Made by a program: the position numbers and the translations under genes
The notes under the pieces: model-generated
Seen by the model: only the letters and a program-made list of their open reading frames with translations
What the model was told of the DNA's origin: nothing
The model's database searches: none
Assembly: GCA_030704615.1 (NCBI GenBank)
Contig: CM060734.1
Span: 26,102,001 to 26,166,000 of the forward strand
DNA from: Takakia lepidozioides
Lineage: Eukaryota > Plantae > Bryophyta
Direction: 5' to 3'
Length of the DNA: 64,000 nt
In this document: piece by piece, positions 1 to 11,706 of the stretch
Layout of the letters: each line of letters starts with the position of its first letter
Numbering within the stretch: position 1 is the stretch's first letter

Positions 1-263
1 GGAGCTTACAAAGTACAACATTGCCAAAGCTAAGAAACGGTATGAACGGCAGGCGAATCGAAAGCGGAGGGAAGTTAAGTTTGAGGCAGGCACGGAGGTC
101 TGGTTGAACATCAAGAATTTTTGACTACCTCCGGAAGTGAGTCCAAAGTTTGTACCTCTGTATGCGGGGCATTTTCGCATCCGGAAGGTTATGAATGAGG
201 ATGTGTATAAATTGGAGCTGCCGGCAAACAGCAAGGTGCATCCGGTATTCCACGTTTCCCTTC
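1..263 (+). pseudogene. Ty3/Gypsy integrase C-terminal (GPF/SH3-like) region
   Basis: Frame 2 reads [67 protein letters not shown], with one in-frame stop. Confidence 0.85.
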
Positions 264-787
264 TACCAACCACCCCCTGCCCTTCAGAGGTGTCATCTCC
301 ACTTTCTTCTGCTGCAGGCTCAGTGACAGTCCGCGGAGATCGCGAATCTTTCTGCAAGACAACCTTTCATCCCCTACGGTTATTGTCATCTTAAAGAAAA
401 CTTCATCGACTTGCGAGGGGTAGATGAATGGCTGCTCATTTCTTGCTGGTGAAATTGAAGAAAACAGGTCGTAGGCCTCCGTAATCCAATTCCAAGATCT
501 CATCAATGACCCCCACATATTTCAAAGAGTCTATCATTGGATTGGAATCAGTTGAAACATTTATTTCTTGCTAAAAAATTGAACTCACCCCAAAATCAAA
601 GCTTACATGCGAACATCCATCCCTGTATGATTTCCTGTAATGGTTTCCATGTGCCCTCATTGAGGGGTATGATTTCACATGCAACAACGGACGCAAACTC
701 AGACGCCGAACGTCCATGTCCACATCCACCGTGTTCCTCACCTCATTGTCCACTGCCTCTTGTAACCGCTCCACAAAAAAGGGAAAG
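264..787 (-). pseudogene. CACTA/En-Spm TnpD-like transposase fragment (DUF4216-like)
   Basis: Minus-strand SYPSMRAHGNHYR and NEQPFIYPSQVDEVFF resemble the En/Spm transposase C-terminus. Similar to 20780-21115. No TIRs. Confidence 0.6.
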
Positions 788-1024
788 CGCGTCCGAATCG
801 GCATCGAGTGTTGCGTCCGCCACCTGTTCTGTTGGATCATGAAAATGAACCTAAGTACGAGGTGGAGGCAGTGCTTAAGTCGAGGAGGTTCAAGAATCGA
901 GAAACGGAGTATCTCGTGAAATGGAAGGGCTATCATTAAGTGGAGGCAACTTGGGTGCGTGCCTCAGACATCCGAGGCGGTTGCAGCTTTCGAAGGGCGA
1001 CCTCAGAAGCGGAAGAAGCGTTGA
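788..1024 (+). pseudogene. Integrase-fused chromodomain
   Basis: RPPPVLLDHENEPKYEVEAVLKSRRFKNRETEYLVKWKGYH*VEATW matches the chromodomain consensus. A purine tract gggggaggaaa follows at about 1048-1058. Confidence 0.85.
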
Positions 1025-2939
1025 TGGGGACATCAACCTTGGATCGTGGGGGAGGAAATGCATGCTTAGTCCGGCTTAGCTAGCTCAGGAATCCGATTGC
1101 AAAAACTTATGTTGTACAAATTTTGTTTATAAATGAAATGGTTTCCAAATGTTGTGCGTCCTATTTTGTTTGGAATGGTGATGCATGGTATGGTTGGCTA
1201 GTGTGTAGAATGCATGCTAGCTTACAAAAGTGGGAGAGGTAAATTGGATTAATCGTGTGTTTGCGCAGTGCCGAAATCGGGTGACTCCCATCCAAGGGGC
1301 AAGGAAACTTGCGCCTTCTTTGGGAGTTCATGTGCTAGTGCGCACCTGGCGCATGCGCGTACTATAACTACACTACCGAGGGGGGTGCCTTGTAGTGCGG
1401 GCTAACGCGGAAGCTACGTGCTTTCGTTCACGTACTATAATCATGTAGCCTCGGGACGAAGTCGTAATGCGGCTTCGGCGTGTTCCCGTACCTCAGACCA
1501 GCATTCCAAGGCGGACCCAATTGTAGTGATTGGGGCGCACGGTTGGTTCAAGGTTATCTTCCTAGTAAAAAAGGGTTCAATGTGAACCCTTGCTCAAGGT
1601 GATGCAAAAAAAATGGCATCATGAGCGGTCGCAAGCAATGTTGTTGCAGTAAGGAGATTCGATCCTCGGGGAGGATCGTTCCTTGGCCTTGAAGTGGGCC
1701 AAGAAGAGTGCACTGGGTGGAGCTTGAGAGGCTCCACCCTTGGCCGGGACTTGGAGGAAGTCGGCCGAACTAGCTAGTGGAGAGTAGAGTCAAGTGGGGG
1801 TTTGGTTCTTTGCCATGGGACGCCATGGTACGGAAACAAACTCCTTGATGTGGGACGCCACAACTTGGATGTTAGTTTCTACAAAATAGATAAGTCGATG
1901 AGGACATCGACTCCCCGTTGGGGGGGTTGCTATTCCATGAGCTCATGAGCCCATGAACGGCCATGCATGAGCCATGAGCCGCCAAGTAACACTCTACGAA
2001 TAACGGCAGGTTTTTGAAAGTAGTATTTTTTTAATACTTTGTGAAGATCAAAATTTGCTTTTCGAAGATTTCTGCGCTCATGCTCGAAACACTCCGCTCA
2101 TGAATAACAGTATCCGCTCATGACCGAGAGCCCAAGCTCATGTACCGCCAGCCCAGGTCATGGAAAAACTGCATACTGGCCAATAACGGCGCCGCAACCA
2201 CAGGAAGGGGCGCCCGTGGAATTACAATCGAGTTTTCCAGACTCCCAACATGCAATGTGGGCCTGTAACTGTGGATTGTACTTTTCCAGAACTGTAGGCT
2301 GGCTGGGGATAACGGTGCTGAAATTGGGCACCAGAAAACCAATAGGCGGCTGAAAGCTCCGGAGTGAAGGCAATAACGGCGCCGAAATAGAGGACCCGGG
2401 GTCCTGCCAGACGCGCAATGTGGACCTGTTATCGTGGATAGTACTTTTCCAGGATCTCACGGTTCTCCAGGACTTCGAAATGGGTGATGTTCCCTGATAA
2501 CGGCACGGAAATTGGGCACCCATGTCCAGAAGGTGTCGGTTGATTTGGCCGCAGTGAAGCATCAAAGGTGCCAAAATGTAGGATGGTTGACCTCAAAATG
2601 GGGCCCGAGACTGGCAATTGCAAACTATGCTGAATCTTGTGGTGTATGTGTGCAATAAATGTACCGACATGTGGGAGAAATTTTGAGTTTTGCCGTATAC
2701 CACATTGGTGGTGGAGCAATGATATCCAATTCCGCCGGCCTCAGTCTCATTCCGCTCTGCTCGTTGCTCCATTGCACATCTCATCTCTCCTCTCTACGGA
2801 ATTTGCAATTGAGCATAACAATTTTTGGGACGTGTGGTCTGTGTATGGGAATGGTCTTTGTGGACAAGGTGCAGTATGTGAATGCAGTAATCATTAATAC
2901 TAGGCGCCATGGACATTGGAACAAGACACCTGTAATCCA

Positions 2940-3800
2940 TTAAAGGCACTGCATGTGGCAAATATAGCCATATCATTGGCAGCAAAAATGAGTTCAGGGA
3001 TAAATAGGCCACAATGGGCCCATGCATCTCCAAAAAATGAACGCTCCGCACTGATCCATTATCAGACAAAACCAGAATTGAAGGCATGCTTATTGGAAAC
3101 AGACTACAAGGGGACACTTCTCCTATTACGACACCATAATAGGGGAGGCGATGGAAACACAACAGCACAAATGTAAAGTTTTTTGCCAACAGACATGCAT
3201 GTTGCGGGATAAATGTCTCAAAATTGGGTGACAATATGAAGTCCAGAAGTTTCAGAGGGATCAAAGCACCGGAATAGGCCTGAATGGGCCTTTGCATCTC
3301 CAAAAAATGTATGCTTTGCACTGATCCATTAATAAGCAAATGCAGAATTAGAGGCATGCTTATTGGAAACAGGGCTAAAGGAGACACTTCCCATATTACG
3401 ACACCGTAAGAGGGTAGGCGATGGAAACACAACGGGACCAAATCTATAGTTGTTGCTAATAAACAAGCATGCTATGGGATGAAGATCACAATATGAAGTG
3501 CAGAAGTTTCAGAGGAATAAGGGCACCAAAATAGGCCGAAATTGGCCCTTGCATCTCTAAAAAATGAATGCTTTACACTGATCCATTAGCAAACAAAACC
3601 ATAATTCAAAGATACAGGCTGGAAGGGGACACTTATCCTATTACGGCACCGTAATAGGGCAGTCCATGGAAACACGACGACACCAAAATGTATAGTTCTT
3701 GCCAAAAGACTTGTGTGTAATGGGATGAAGGTCACAAAATTAGGTCACAATATGAGGTCCACAAGTTTCGAAGGGATAAAGGCGCCGCAATAACAACACT
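2940..3800. repeat. About three tandem ~265-bp units, each with a CCTATTACGGCGCCGTAATAGG-type palindrome
   Basis: tgcatctc(c/t)aaaaaatg..cactgatccatt recurs near 3025, 3295 and 3550. Palindrome cctattacggcaccgtaatagg at about 3638-3659. Confidence 0.8.
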
Positions 3801-3849
3801 GAAAGGGTATATGTGATATAACACACTTTGCAGTTTCTGAATTATGATC

Positions 3850-4420
3850 GTCCAATGTCAATCTTCTCCCTATATCCTGCCTGAGGACCTTGTGGAGCTC
3901 GTTGAAGCTCAGTGTTGGAGCATGGATGAAGTCGTCCACTATAGGAATGCACTTCATGCGCTTCTGATATTTGTAGTACAAGTGTTTTCAGGGGAAGAGT
4001 TTACAGGTGTTTGCAGAGACATCCCTCTCCACGACTGGCCTGCCATATTGGGTAATGATCTGAGATGCAGCTCAGGCTCGTCCTCGCGACGCAGTGCACT
4101 GTCTAGCAGTGATTCCACCGACTGTGACGGAGAAGGAGTGGGAGTCCTGCTTGGACCTGGCGTCCTAAGCAACATCGTTGGGCCCCGAGGTTGAGTGCGG
4201 ATGTCCATATCTGATCTCCACGAATCCCCGTCGCCTCCTGGGAAGTTGTCAATTATTCTCTTCACCGGCCGATTGTGGACATCACCCTCGAGACAGTCCC
4301 CCCGATGGTGTAAGGGTGTCGATCTTATAGCTTCTCGCAATGCTGTAGTCCATTTCCCAGCTTCCAGCAGTTCCTTCATATCTCCCTCGCCCAGCTTCTT
4401 CCTTGTGCCGTAATAGAGAT
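3850..4420 (-). pseudogene. Possible C-terminal fragment of the element's transposase gene
   Basis: Minus ORF 3954-4478 (CLEGDVHNRPVKRIIDNFPGGDGDSWRSD followed by S/P-rich sequence). Same position and orientation relative to the left TIR as the transposase at 21270-22440. No catalytic motif seen. Confidence 0.35.
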
Positions 4421-4824
4421 GAACAGTCCCGACATAACAGTTTGAAACCCTCGGGATGGATGAATTACGACATCGCAAAAGGGATGAACAGGCACAAAAG
4501 CGGACAAGAAAAGGATGTCACGCCCCTATTACGGGATGAACGGGATGACAATCAAATGAGAATGGCATGATCTCGAGGAATTTAAGGCGTCGTAATAGGG
4601 ATGAATAGTCCCAATATGACAGTTCGAAACCCTCGGGATGGATGAATTACGACGCCACAATAGGGATGAACAAGCACGAAAGCGGACGAGAAATGGATAT
4701 CACACGGCTATGACGGCGTCGTAATAGGGGTGAACGAGATGACAATCAATTGAGAATGACATCATCTAGATGAATTCCTAGATTAACGCACTTTGAACGT
4801 AGCTAATCGAATACCCCATCCCGG

Positions 4825-5830
4825 CGACGAATGAATTTCGGCGCTGAAATAGGGATGAACATACCCGTGAACAAAAAAAAATTTCAGCCCACGGATGAAT
4901 TTTGGCGCCGAAATAAGGATGAATATACGCGTGACCAAAAACGAATTTCGGCCCACGGATGAATTTCGGCACCGAAATAGGGCTGAACTTACCCGTGAGC
5001 AAAAATAAATTTCCACCCATGGATGAATTTCGGCGCCGAAATAGGAATGAACGAACCCGTGAGCAAAAATGAATTTAAACCTATGGATGAATTTTGACGT
5101 CGAAATAAGGATGAAGATACGCGTGAGTAAAAAGTTATTTCGACCCACGGATGATTTTCGGCGCCGAAATAGGGATGAATGTACCCGTGAACAGATGGAT
5201 GAATCACGATGTCGCAAAGGGTTGAACATGCAAGAATGCAGACGACAAGGGGACGAAACCATTGAATTGCGGCACCGTTATTGGGACGATCGGGCCCATC
5301 ACGTCGAAAAAAGCCTATACACACACACACAACCTCCTTCACGGATGAATTTCGGCGCCGAAATAGGCCAATCCTGAGGAACCACCACCAGGAAAAAAAA
5401 AAAAAAAAACGGTCACGGATGAATTTCGGCGCCGAAATAGTGATGAACATACCTTTGAGCAAAAAATTATTTCGGATCACGGATGAATTTCGGCGCCGAA
5501 ATAGGGATGAACCTACCTGGGAGCAAAAAGTTATTTCGACCCACGGATGAATTTTGGTGCCGAAATATAGATGAACATACCCGCGAGCAAAACGTTATCT
5601 CGACCCACGGATGAATTTCGGCGCCAAAATAGGGAAGAACGTACCCGAAAGTTATTTCGACCTACGGATGAATTTCGTACCCGTAATCAGGATGAACGTA
5701 CCCGTAATCAAAATGTAAACCCACGGATGAATTTTGGCGCTGAAATATGGATGAACATACCCGTGAGCAGAAAGGTATTTCGACCCACGGATAAATTTCG
5801 GTGCCGAAATTCGGATGAACATATCCGTGA
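4825..5830. repeat. 64-bp tandem repeat array with core palindrome ATTTCGGCGCCGAAAT
   Basis: cacggatgaatttcggcgccgaaatagggatgaac recurs about 13 times with a 64-bp period (cores near 4837, 4901, 4965, 5029, 5093, 5157, then 5351-5800). Confidence 0.9.
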
Positions 5831-5854
5831 GCAAAAGTTAGGGCTGAATCTCAA

Positions 5855-6010
5855 CAAATAGATGTATTCGACCATGGTGTCCAATATAAGCCGACATACT
5901 AGGTGCGGTCTGCTTTCACCTCTGACTTCCTTAACAACTCCGGATTGATGGTTGTTTTAAAGTCCTTCAGAGGTGCAAGTCCCACTTCTTGCACTCTATA
6001 TAACACAACA
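5855..6010 (-). pseudogene. Inverted exon remnant of the ParB-like/MTase gene
   Basis: Minus strand LYRVQEVGLAPLKDFKTTINPELLRKSEVKADRT*Y..DTMVEYI aligns with LFRVKDVGKQGVQEFANSLSADLLHKSEAKADRTWY..DAMVDYI at 58201-58390. Confidence 0.75.
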
Positions 6011-7146
6011 TATGTGCCACGTGCGTTTTTACGCTTATCTGTCATCCTGTCACAGAACACACACATTCCAATAATGGCAACGCAATCGGCCCGTATGCAG
6101 AAGAAAGGATGACATTGAACCCAATTGGATGGGTCTGATATTAAAAGTGGTTGCTACGTAGACAGAAGGTCTATCATGAACAAGTCATAGTAAGAGCGAC
6201 ATTAATCCTCCGTCTGAGGATTCGTTGGAAAGTTTTCGGATGACAATCTCTTCGGCCAATTCTCGTACCTATATTTCATTATGAGGACCTTCGAGGACTC
6301 TGGGCCAGGTCTATAAGTCATCCAATTCCAAATGAAACCAGTATATATTACAATTACGGCGCCATTATATGCTACCGAACTTAGATTTCTTAGCCTAAAT
6401 CTGCAAGTACAAAGGCACGGACACCTCGACGTGAAACCCAACGGTCAATATTCACTGACTGCCGTACGCAATTTCGGCGCCGCAATAGCAACTGCAGCGG
6501 CACATAAATGAGTATTTCATGTCTTTACAACCATTACAAAAATGCAAATTCGTAGAAAAAACGTCATTTCCATGTATAAAACTTGTCATCAAATAGCAAT
6601 GTCATTTATCATTCTTATAATAGTGTCATTGTTCATCCATCATCTGGGTCAGTTCATTCATATTGCGGTGTCGTAATTCATCAGTGGAGGGGCCGACCGG
6701 TGTCCATTTATTCCTATTGTGGCACCGCAATTCATCCAAAAAGACACCGCGTATCATCCAAAGCGCTCTTTATTGTCTTCAAGATAGACCCGTTCATCTA
6801 AATTAGGATGAACGTACCCGTAATAAAAAAAGAGTCGGCCCATCCACAGAACGTGATAACCCGACACTGTTGAAATATGGTGCCGTAATATAGTTGAATG
6901 GGCCCATCTGTAGAACGGAATAGCCCGACACAGATGAATTAATACGCCATATTATGGATGAACATGCCAATCCCCATAGCGGGATAACCCGACACTGATG
7001 AGTTGCGGCGCCGTAATAGGGATAAACGGGCCCAATCCAAGGAACGGAAAGCATTCCTGGCCTGGATGAGTTCCACTGTTGGATGTGAGATCCCCAAAAA
7101 GACCCAGGCCCTCGTCCGGGATGCCATCGTCCTTGCAGGCAGCGGT

Positions 7147-8140
7147 CGCGGACCAAGTACAGATCCAAAGTTGTCAAGTCTATAGCGATCCCTGACCCAA
7201 GCCTTTAAGAGACAATATTGTCAGAGATAGCAAAGCACTACTCAAAAGCCATCAAACCAGAGATGTGGAAAAACTACATCATATCACCACCGCCTGTGTG
7301 GACCCGGCCGAGAAGGTATACAAATGTCTGCGACTATTTTACTGTCTCATTAAAATCCTCTGTCAGCTATCAAAATTGCTCTCTAACATATGTTACAAGA
7401 TGAGTGCGGAAGCCTTGAAAGTGTGGACGGAAAGAAGTGCTGCACCCACCTTGAATGAAGTGGACTTGCATCAACAGCATGGACCATCTAACCTGCGATG
7501 GCCAGAAGGTAAGCTCTAGAGTTGTCTAGTGTAAATTGCGGCACCCTTATTCTAATTGTGGGGAATCTTATGTCAAAATAATGACCTTGTTTTTGTGCAG
7601 CCTCTTCTACTTGACACATTCATCAAGAAGAATTCAGTTTTGAATTCTGGGGAGACGGTTGTATGGTTGACTCCACAGTGGACCCTATAGAGTATGACAT
7701 TCTCTTCAACCATGTCTTACCACGCAATATTCCATGGGACATGAGGGGGGAGGGCTTGGAGGCATGGGAGGACAAGAAGTCCCACTTTCATTCAAATGCT
7801 GATGGAAACATGTTCAAGCATAGAAGGCAGGGTGTTGGACATTGCAGCCAACACAAGTAGGAGATTCTTGTAATTGCGGTGTCGTTATTAGAGTCCATTG
7901 TCCTCTATAGATATTCATGGATTTACTATGGCTACTCACGATTGCCATTGACATATTTATTCTTGATCACTAGACTCATGGATAGGTGCTTCAATGTACT
8001 GGGCCGGGCGCGAGTCTAGCCGGCATGTCTTCGCATTTGAAGGAAAAACAACCTTCTACGACTCCCATGTAGCGGGCCTGCAACAGTTGCCAGCAGAGGA
8101 GGAGCATGAGGACTGGCAAGAAAGGACCTTCTGGCAAAGA
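7147..8140 (+). pseudogene. ParB-like/beta-class DNA amino-methyltransferase gene, copy A (3' exons, degenerate)
   Basis: RTKYRSKVVKSIAIPDPSL..KHYSKAIKP..EKLHHITTACVD, KWTCINS, VDSTVDPIEYDILFNHV and RSPTFIQMLMETCSSIEGRVLDIAANT|..ASMYWAGRESSRHVFAFEG all align with copy C. Introns at 7509-7600 and 7857-7985 match copy C positions. Confidence 0.8.
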
Positions 8141-9152
8141 AAAACATTTGTATTTCTCTCTTTGTTTCATCAACCATCTCCTCATTGGACGAGTCTGCAA
8201 GGCTGTAACATGGCAGTACGTAAATATTGCCATGTGTCAACAAACGTTTAGGGTTTATAACGGTCAAACATGGATGTCGCTATAATTGAACCCAACACAC
8301 TTACAATGGTGCAACTCACTGAAATACATGCATTGGGGGAAGCGGCTTCTCCCGTACTTGAGCCTCCTCAACTTCGGTCTCCTCCTCCCCTTCTTATTTC
8401 TTCTCCCATTGTATGCAAACACGGCTGCTAGATATCCATTAGGAGGGCGGAGAGGCCTAATCGGGTGAGCAATTACTGGCTGCAAGAAATGAGAGAATAC
8501 AATTGAGGGAGGCCCAATACAGGAATTGTCAAGGCCAAAGTACTCAAGTTTATCGCTCTGTCCGCGTCTGAAAGTGACGGCAATGAGGAGGACACTTTGC
8601 AAGCTTAGGTGGAGAGTGAATGGCAATTTCCTAACCTCTCTTCAGTCAGTGTGGGATTTATTTAGTCTTAAAAAAAAGCCAATTCAACTGTATTATGTGA
8701 CGGGACCTCTTATCTTCGACAGAAAAATGACACAACAATAGGCTAGTATACGGTGTTGGGAACAACAAGACCTTTACAAATGATATAATAGTGTTGCAAT
8801 AAGCCAATGTCAGACTTTACTTTATAATTTTGGGTGACCACAAACAAAAAAACGTCGCAGCAATAGGCTGGTCTCACGTCATCACTACCAAGAAATTTTT
8901 CGAGAAGCACGAAGCTGGTATTACGGCACCGTGATTAACCCATCTCCTGCCATTTTCAATTCTTTTTCCAAACCCTAAATGTGAATAACGGCGCCGCAAT
9001 AGGCCTAGCCGCGTCCCCGGAGTTTAGAAATAGTGCCTATTACCGTGGATATATGCCCTATTACCATCAATAACGACAGATAATTTCTAATTCCGTGGAT
9101 GCACGCTCATGGGCTCATGAAATAGTAAACCTCCCCTGTTGGTAGGGGTGTG

Positions 9153-9899
9153 TGTCGCTTTCAGGAAAGTATAAATGTCGCGGCCCTTAGCCTTGAGGGT
9201 GGGGGGTCGGGACACAAGAGGGGCTGCCCCTGTGGTGGGGGCAGTGGCAACAATAGGTATGGGGGCTGAAGCACCCTTGAGTGCCCAAGGCACTCAAGGA
9301 GGCAGATGCACTCACTAGGTGGAGCCCCGCACACCAGGTTGCGGTGGGGGTGGTTCCACGAGGGGTGGTGGTAGCTTAGTGGGTCTTAGTGGGGGTGGCA
9401 TAGGACTCACCATGGGGCGGAGACCTTGTGGTGGGAGTCGTGGGGAGTCTTGGGACTCATCACGGCCATTGGGGCCATGGTGGGTGGGCCAAGACTCACC
9501 ACGACTCATCACTGGGAGTCAAGGGTCTTCGTGGTGGTTCGCCATAAAAGAATGGTGTTGTTTGTGAAACACCCACGGACAGTCACAGAAGTATATATAG
9601 GGAGTAGTAACCCCGAGAACGGTGCAAGCCCGTTGGTGACCAAAAACTAGTGAGTAAGCGTGCGAGCCGGAAAGCGACCAAGGTGTGGGGAGCTGTTCCG
9701 GACTGCCAACAATCAAAGGGAATTTCCACTAGGCCCAAAGTGAGCGAGGGTCTTGTGGAGGAGCAAAGGGGGACCGTTATGTCCCGGTGAGCAGCTGAAG
9801 CTCCAAGTTGGCCCGGCGGCCAGTTTGGGAGTTGGGGGCGCGCATCAAAGCGAGTAACTATGACTTGAAGGGGAGCTTACTAAAGTGAGGTGCGCGACA
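9153..9899 (+). repeat. 3' LTR of the chromovirus
   Basis: Begins TGTCGC after a purine-rich tract and ends GCGACA (6-bp terminal inverted repeat). TATA-like gtatatatag at about 9591. Confidence 0.65.
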
Positions 9900-10890
9900 C
9901 GTGGTACCTGGACATGTCTAGCGGATTTGTTGACGAATCGGAGAAAGATCTGCATGCGAAAGCGGAGGAGAATAGAAGGGAAAGACGTGTCCCTGCTGGG
10001 CCTGAGTCGGCAAAGGACGCTGCTGCTCTGGAACAATCCAGAAAGGCAGTTGAGATGGCACAGAAGACGGTGGATGCAGCTGTGCAGGCTCAACAGAAGG
10101 GGTCGAAGAAGAGGACTCGCTAGCAAGGAGCAGCAGTTGTGACACCCAAGAAGACGAAGAAGCAGAAACAGAAAGAGCAGGAAGAGGGTGAAGAAGAGGA
10201 CTCCGATAGAGACTTTGCAACCAGCCCACCCCCCGAAACGCAGCCGAAATCCCCTGCGCCCACCGTTGTCACGAAAAGGACGAGAACAGACTCAGCAAAG
10301 AAGGCACTCTTCAACCCCCGAGGGGGGGACCCTTTCGAGCCGGTGGAAATGAAGAGGCCGAAAGTGGAGCCAGAAACAATAGTGCAGTGTGTGAATGAGA
10401 GTTTCTTGGCGGCTTTGGATGGACGGGCAGCCAAGTTGGCATACATCAAGACCATAGAGGGTCTGAAGGGCAGAGCACTGAAGAAGGCGGCTGCCGAAGA
10501 GCCTTCCAACTCCCCTAGGTTTAAGAAGATGGTCTCGTTCTTTGAGAAGATGTGTGCAGGGAAGGATTGCAGGAGGGGTGGAAAAGTCACCGAGTGGTCT
10601 TGCGATATGATCATCTTGGATATTCCGGATGGAGAGCCTGTGGAAGGACTGCATGCTTTGCCGTCTTGGAACAGGTACTCCGAGGACTTTTGGAAAAAAA
10701 GATTCGGGCTCGCCCGCATGGTGTTGGACGACAGAGGCTGTGTCGTTGTCCTTGCGAGCAGAGGCAAAAACACGGAGGCAGGAATTGCGAAGTGGGACCC
10801 GCAAGAATGTCGTCCCAATTCTGAAGAAGAAGTGGATGTGCATCAACACATTGGGCCTTCGGTCGGAAGGGAAAAAGAACGGGAAAACGG
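9900..10890 (+). pseudogene. ParB-like/MTase gene copy B (long exon with motif IV region)
   Basis: WYLDM..ALEQSRKAVEMAQ, KRPKVEPETIVQCVNESFL, CDMIILDIPDGEPVEGLHALPSWNRYSEDFWKKRFGLARMVLDDRGCVVVLASRGK and KKWMCINTLGLRSEG align with 59991-61107. Confidence 0.85.
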
Positions 10891-10914
10891 AAATGTGGCA
10901 ACTGCAAATACATC

Positions 10915-11432
10915 GTTTTGGAAATGCGGCACCGCATTTCTATAACCGGGGCAGGAACAATTTTCCGTTTCCTGTTTTGGACATCAGAAATCGTTCGGCC
11001 GAACCCGTTTTCGACATGGAAGTTTTTCCCATGCCGGATGTTATTCCCATGCCGGACATGGAAATGCGGTGCCGCATTTCCATTTTAGAGATGGATGTTT
11101 GTCCAATTCCAGACCCTTTGACGCATTCCATTGTGCTGGCCGGAAATGCGGTGCCGCATTCTATTGTCCAATATGAAATTTCGATGACGGATATGGAAAT
11201 GCGGTGCCGCATTTCCAGAACGGACATGGACATGTATTGACAATTGGACATGCTTGGACAATTGAAGGTCGAATATGGAAATGCGGTGCCGCATTTCCAA
11301 TTCGAAGTATGGAAATGCCATTACAAGAAAGAAAATGCGGTACCGCATTTCCGTTGCGACCAGAACGGCGGAGTGGGAGCTGCCGGACATCAATGCATGG
11401 AAACAAAAGAAATGCGGTGCTGCATTTCCGAG
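10915..11432. repeat. Array of seven GGAAATGCGG(T/C)(G/A)CCGCATTTCC-type palindromes
   Basis: Copies near 10920, 11060, 11142, 11195, 11278, 11332 and 11409. The array starts where copies A and C have an intron. Confidence 0.9.
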
Positions 11433-11706
11433 CTTGGGCATGTACATGTTTCTGTTTATTCAAAGATGGATTTCTTTTACCTCAGGACTCTGATATCGCT
11501 GACTCTGATATATTCATGTCGACAGACACATTGTACAAATGAGACCACAAATTCTAAACAATGGGCCAATAACAGCAGTTCATTGAATACAATGAAACAC
11601 AATACAGAGAAGTGAGGGCACGATGGGTTGTTTTATTGATCGAACACGGCGTCTCACATAAAGCAAGTCCAAACAAATCTAAGCCCTTCCGCCTTCTATA
11701 TGGGCA

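Larger units (their letters stand above)
1922..9134. mobile_element. Mutator-like DNA transposon copy A (internally deleted and rearranged) carrying ParB-like/MTase gene remnants
   Basis: Left end GGGGGTTGCTATTCCATGAGC at 1922. Right end reverse complement GGAGGTTTACTATTTCATGAGC ends at 9134. Subterminal CATGAGC repeats. 8-bp TSD CCCGTTGG (1914-1921) / CCTGTTGG (9135-9142), differing by one CpG transition. Confidence 0.8.
1..9899 (+). mobile_element. 3' part of a chromovirus-type Ty3/Gypsy LTR retrotransposon, interrupted by a CACTA fragment (264-787) and a Mutator-like element (1922-9134)
   Basis: Integrase C-terminus and chromodomain at 1-1024. Removing 1922-9134 and one TSD copy restores gatgaggacatcgactccccgttggtaggggtgtg-TGTCGC, a PPT-like/LTR junction. 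The LTR ends GCGACA at 9899, next to interrupted MTase gene copy B. Confidence 0.7.

Noticed and set aside
4825-5830. CRISPR-like look of regularly spaced palindromic repeats (also 10915-11432, 54915-55632, 59385-59920)
   Set aside because: The inter-repeat segments are mutually homologous or irregular in length rather than unique fixed-length spacers. There are no cas genes and the context is eukaryotic and intronic.
4778-5861. Many overlapping ORFs on both strands (also 10940-11540 and 54860-55800)
   Set aside because: They are translations of palindromic tandem repeats.
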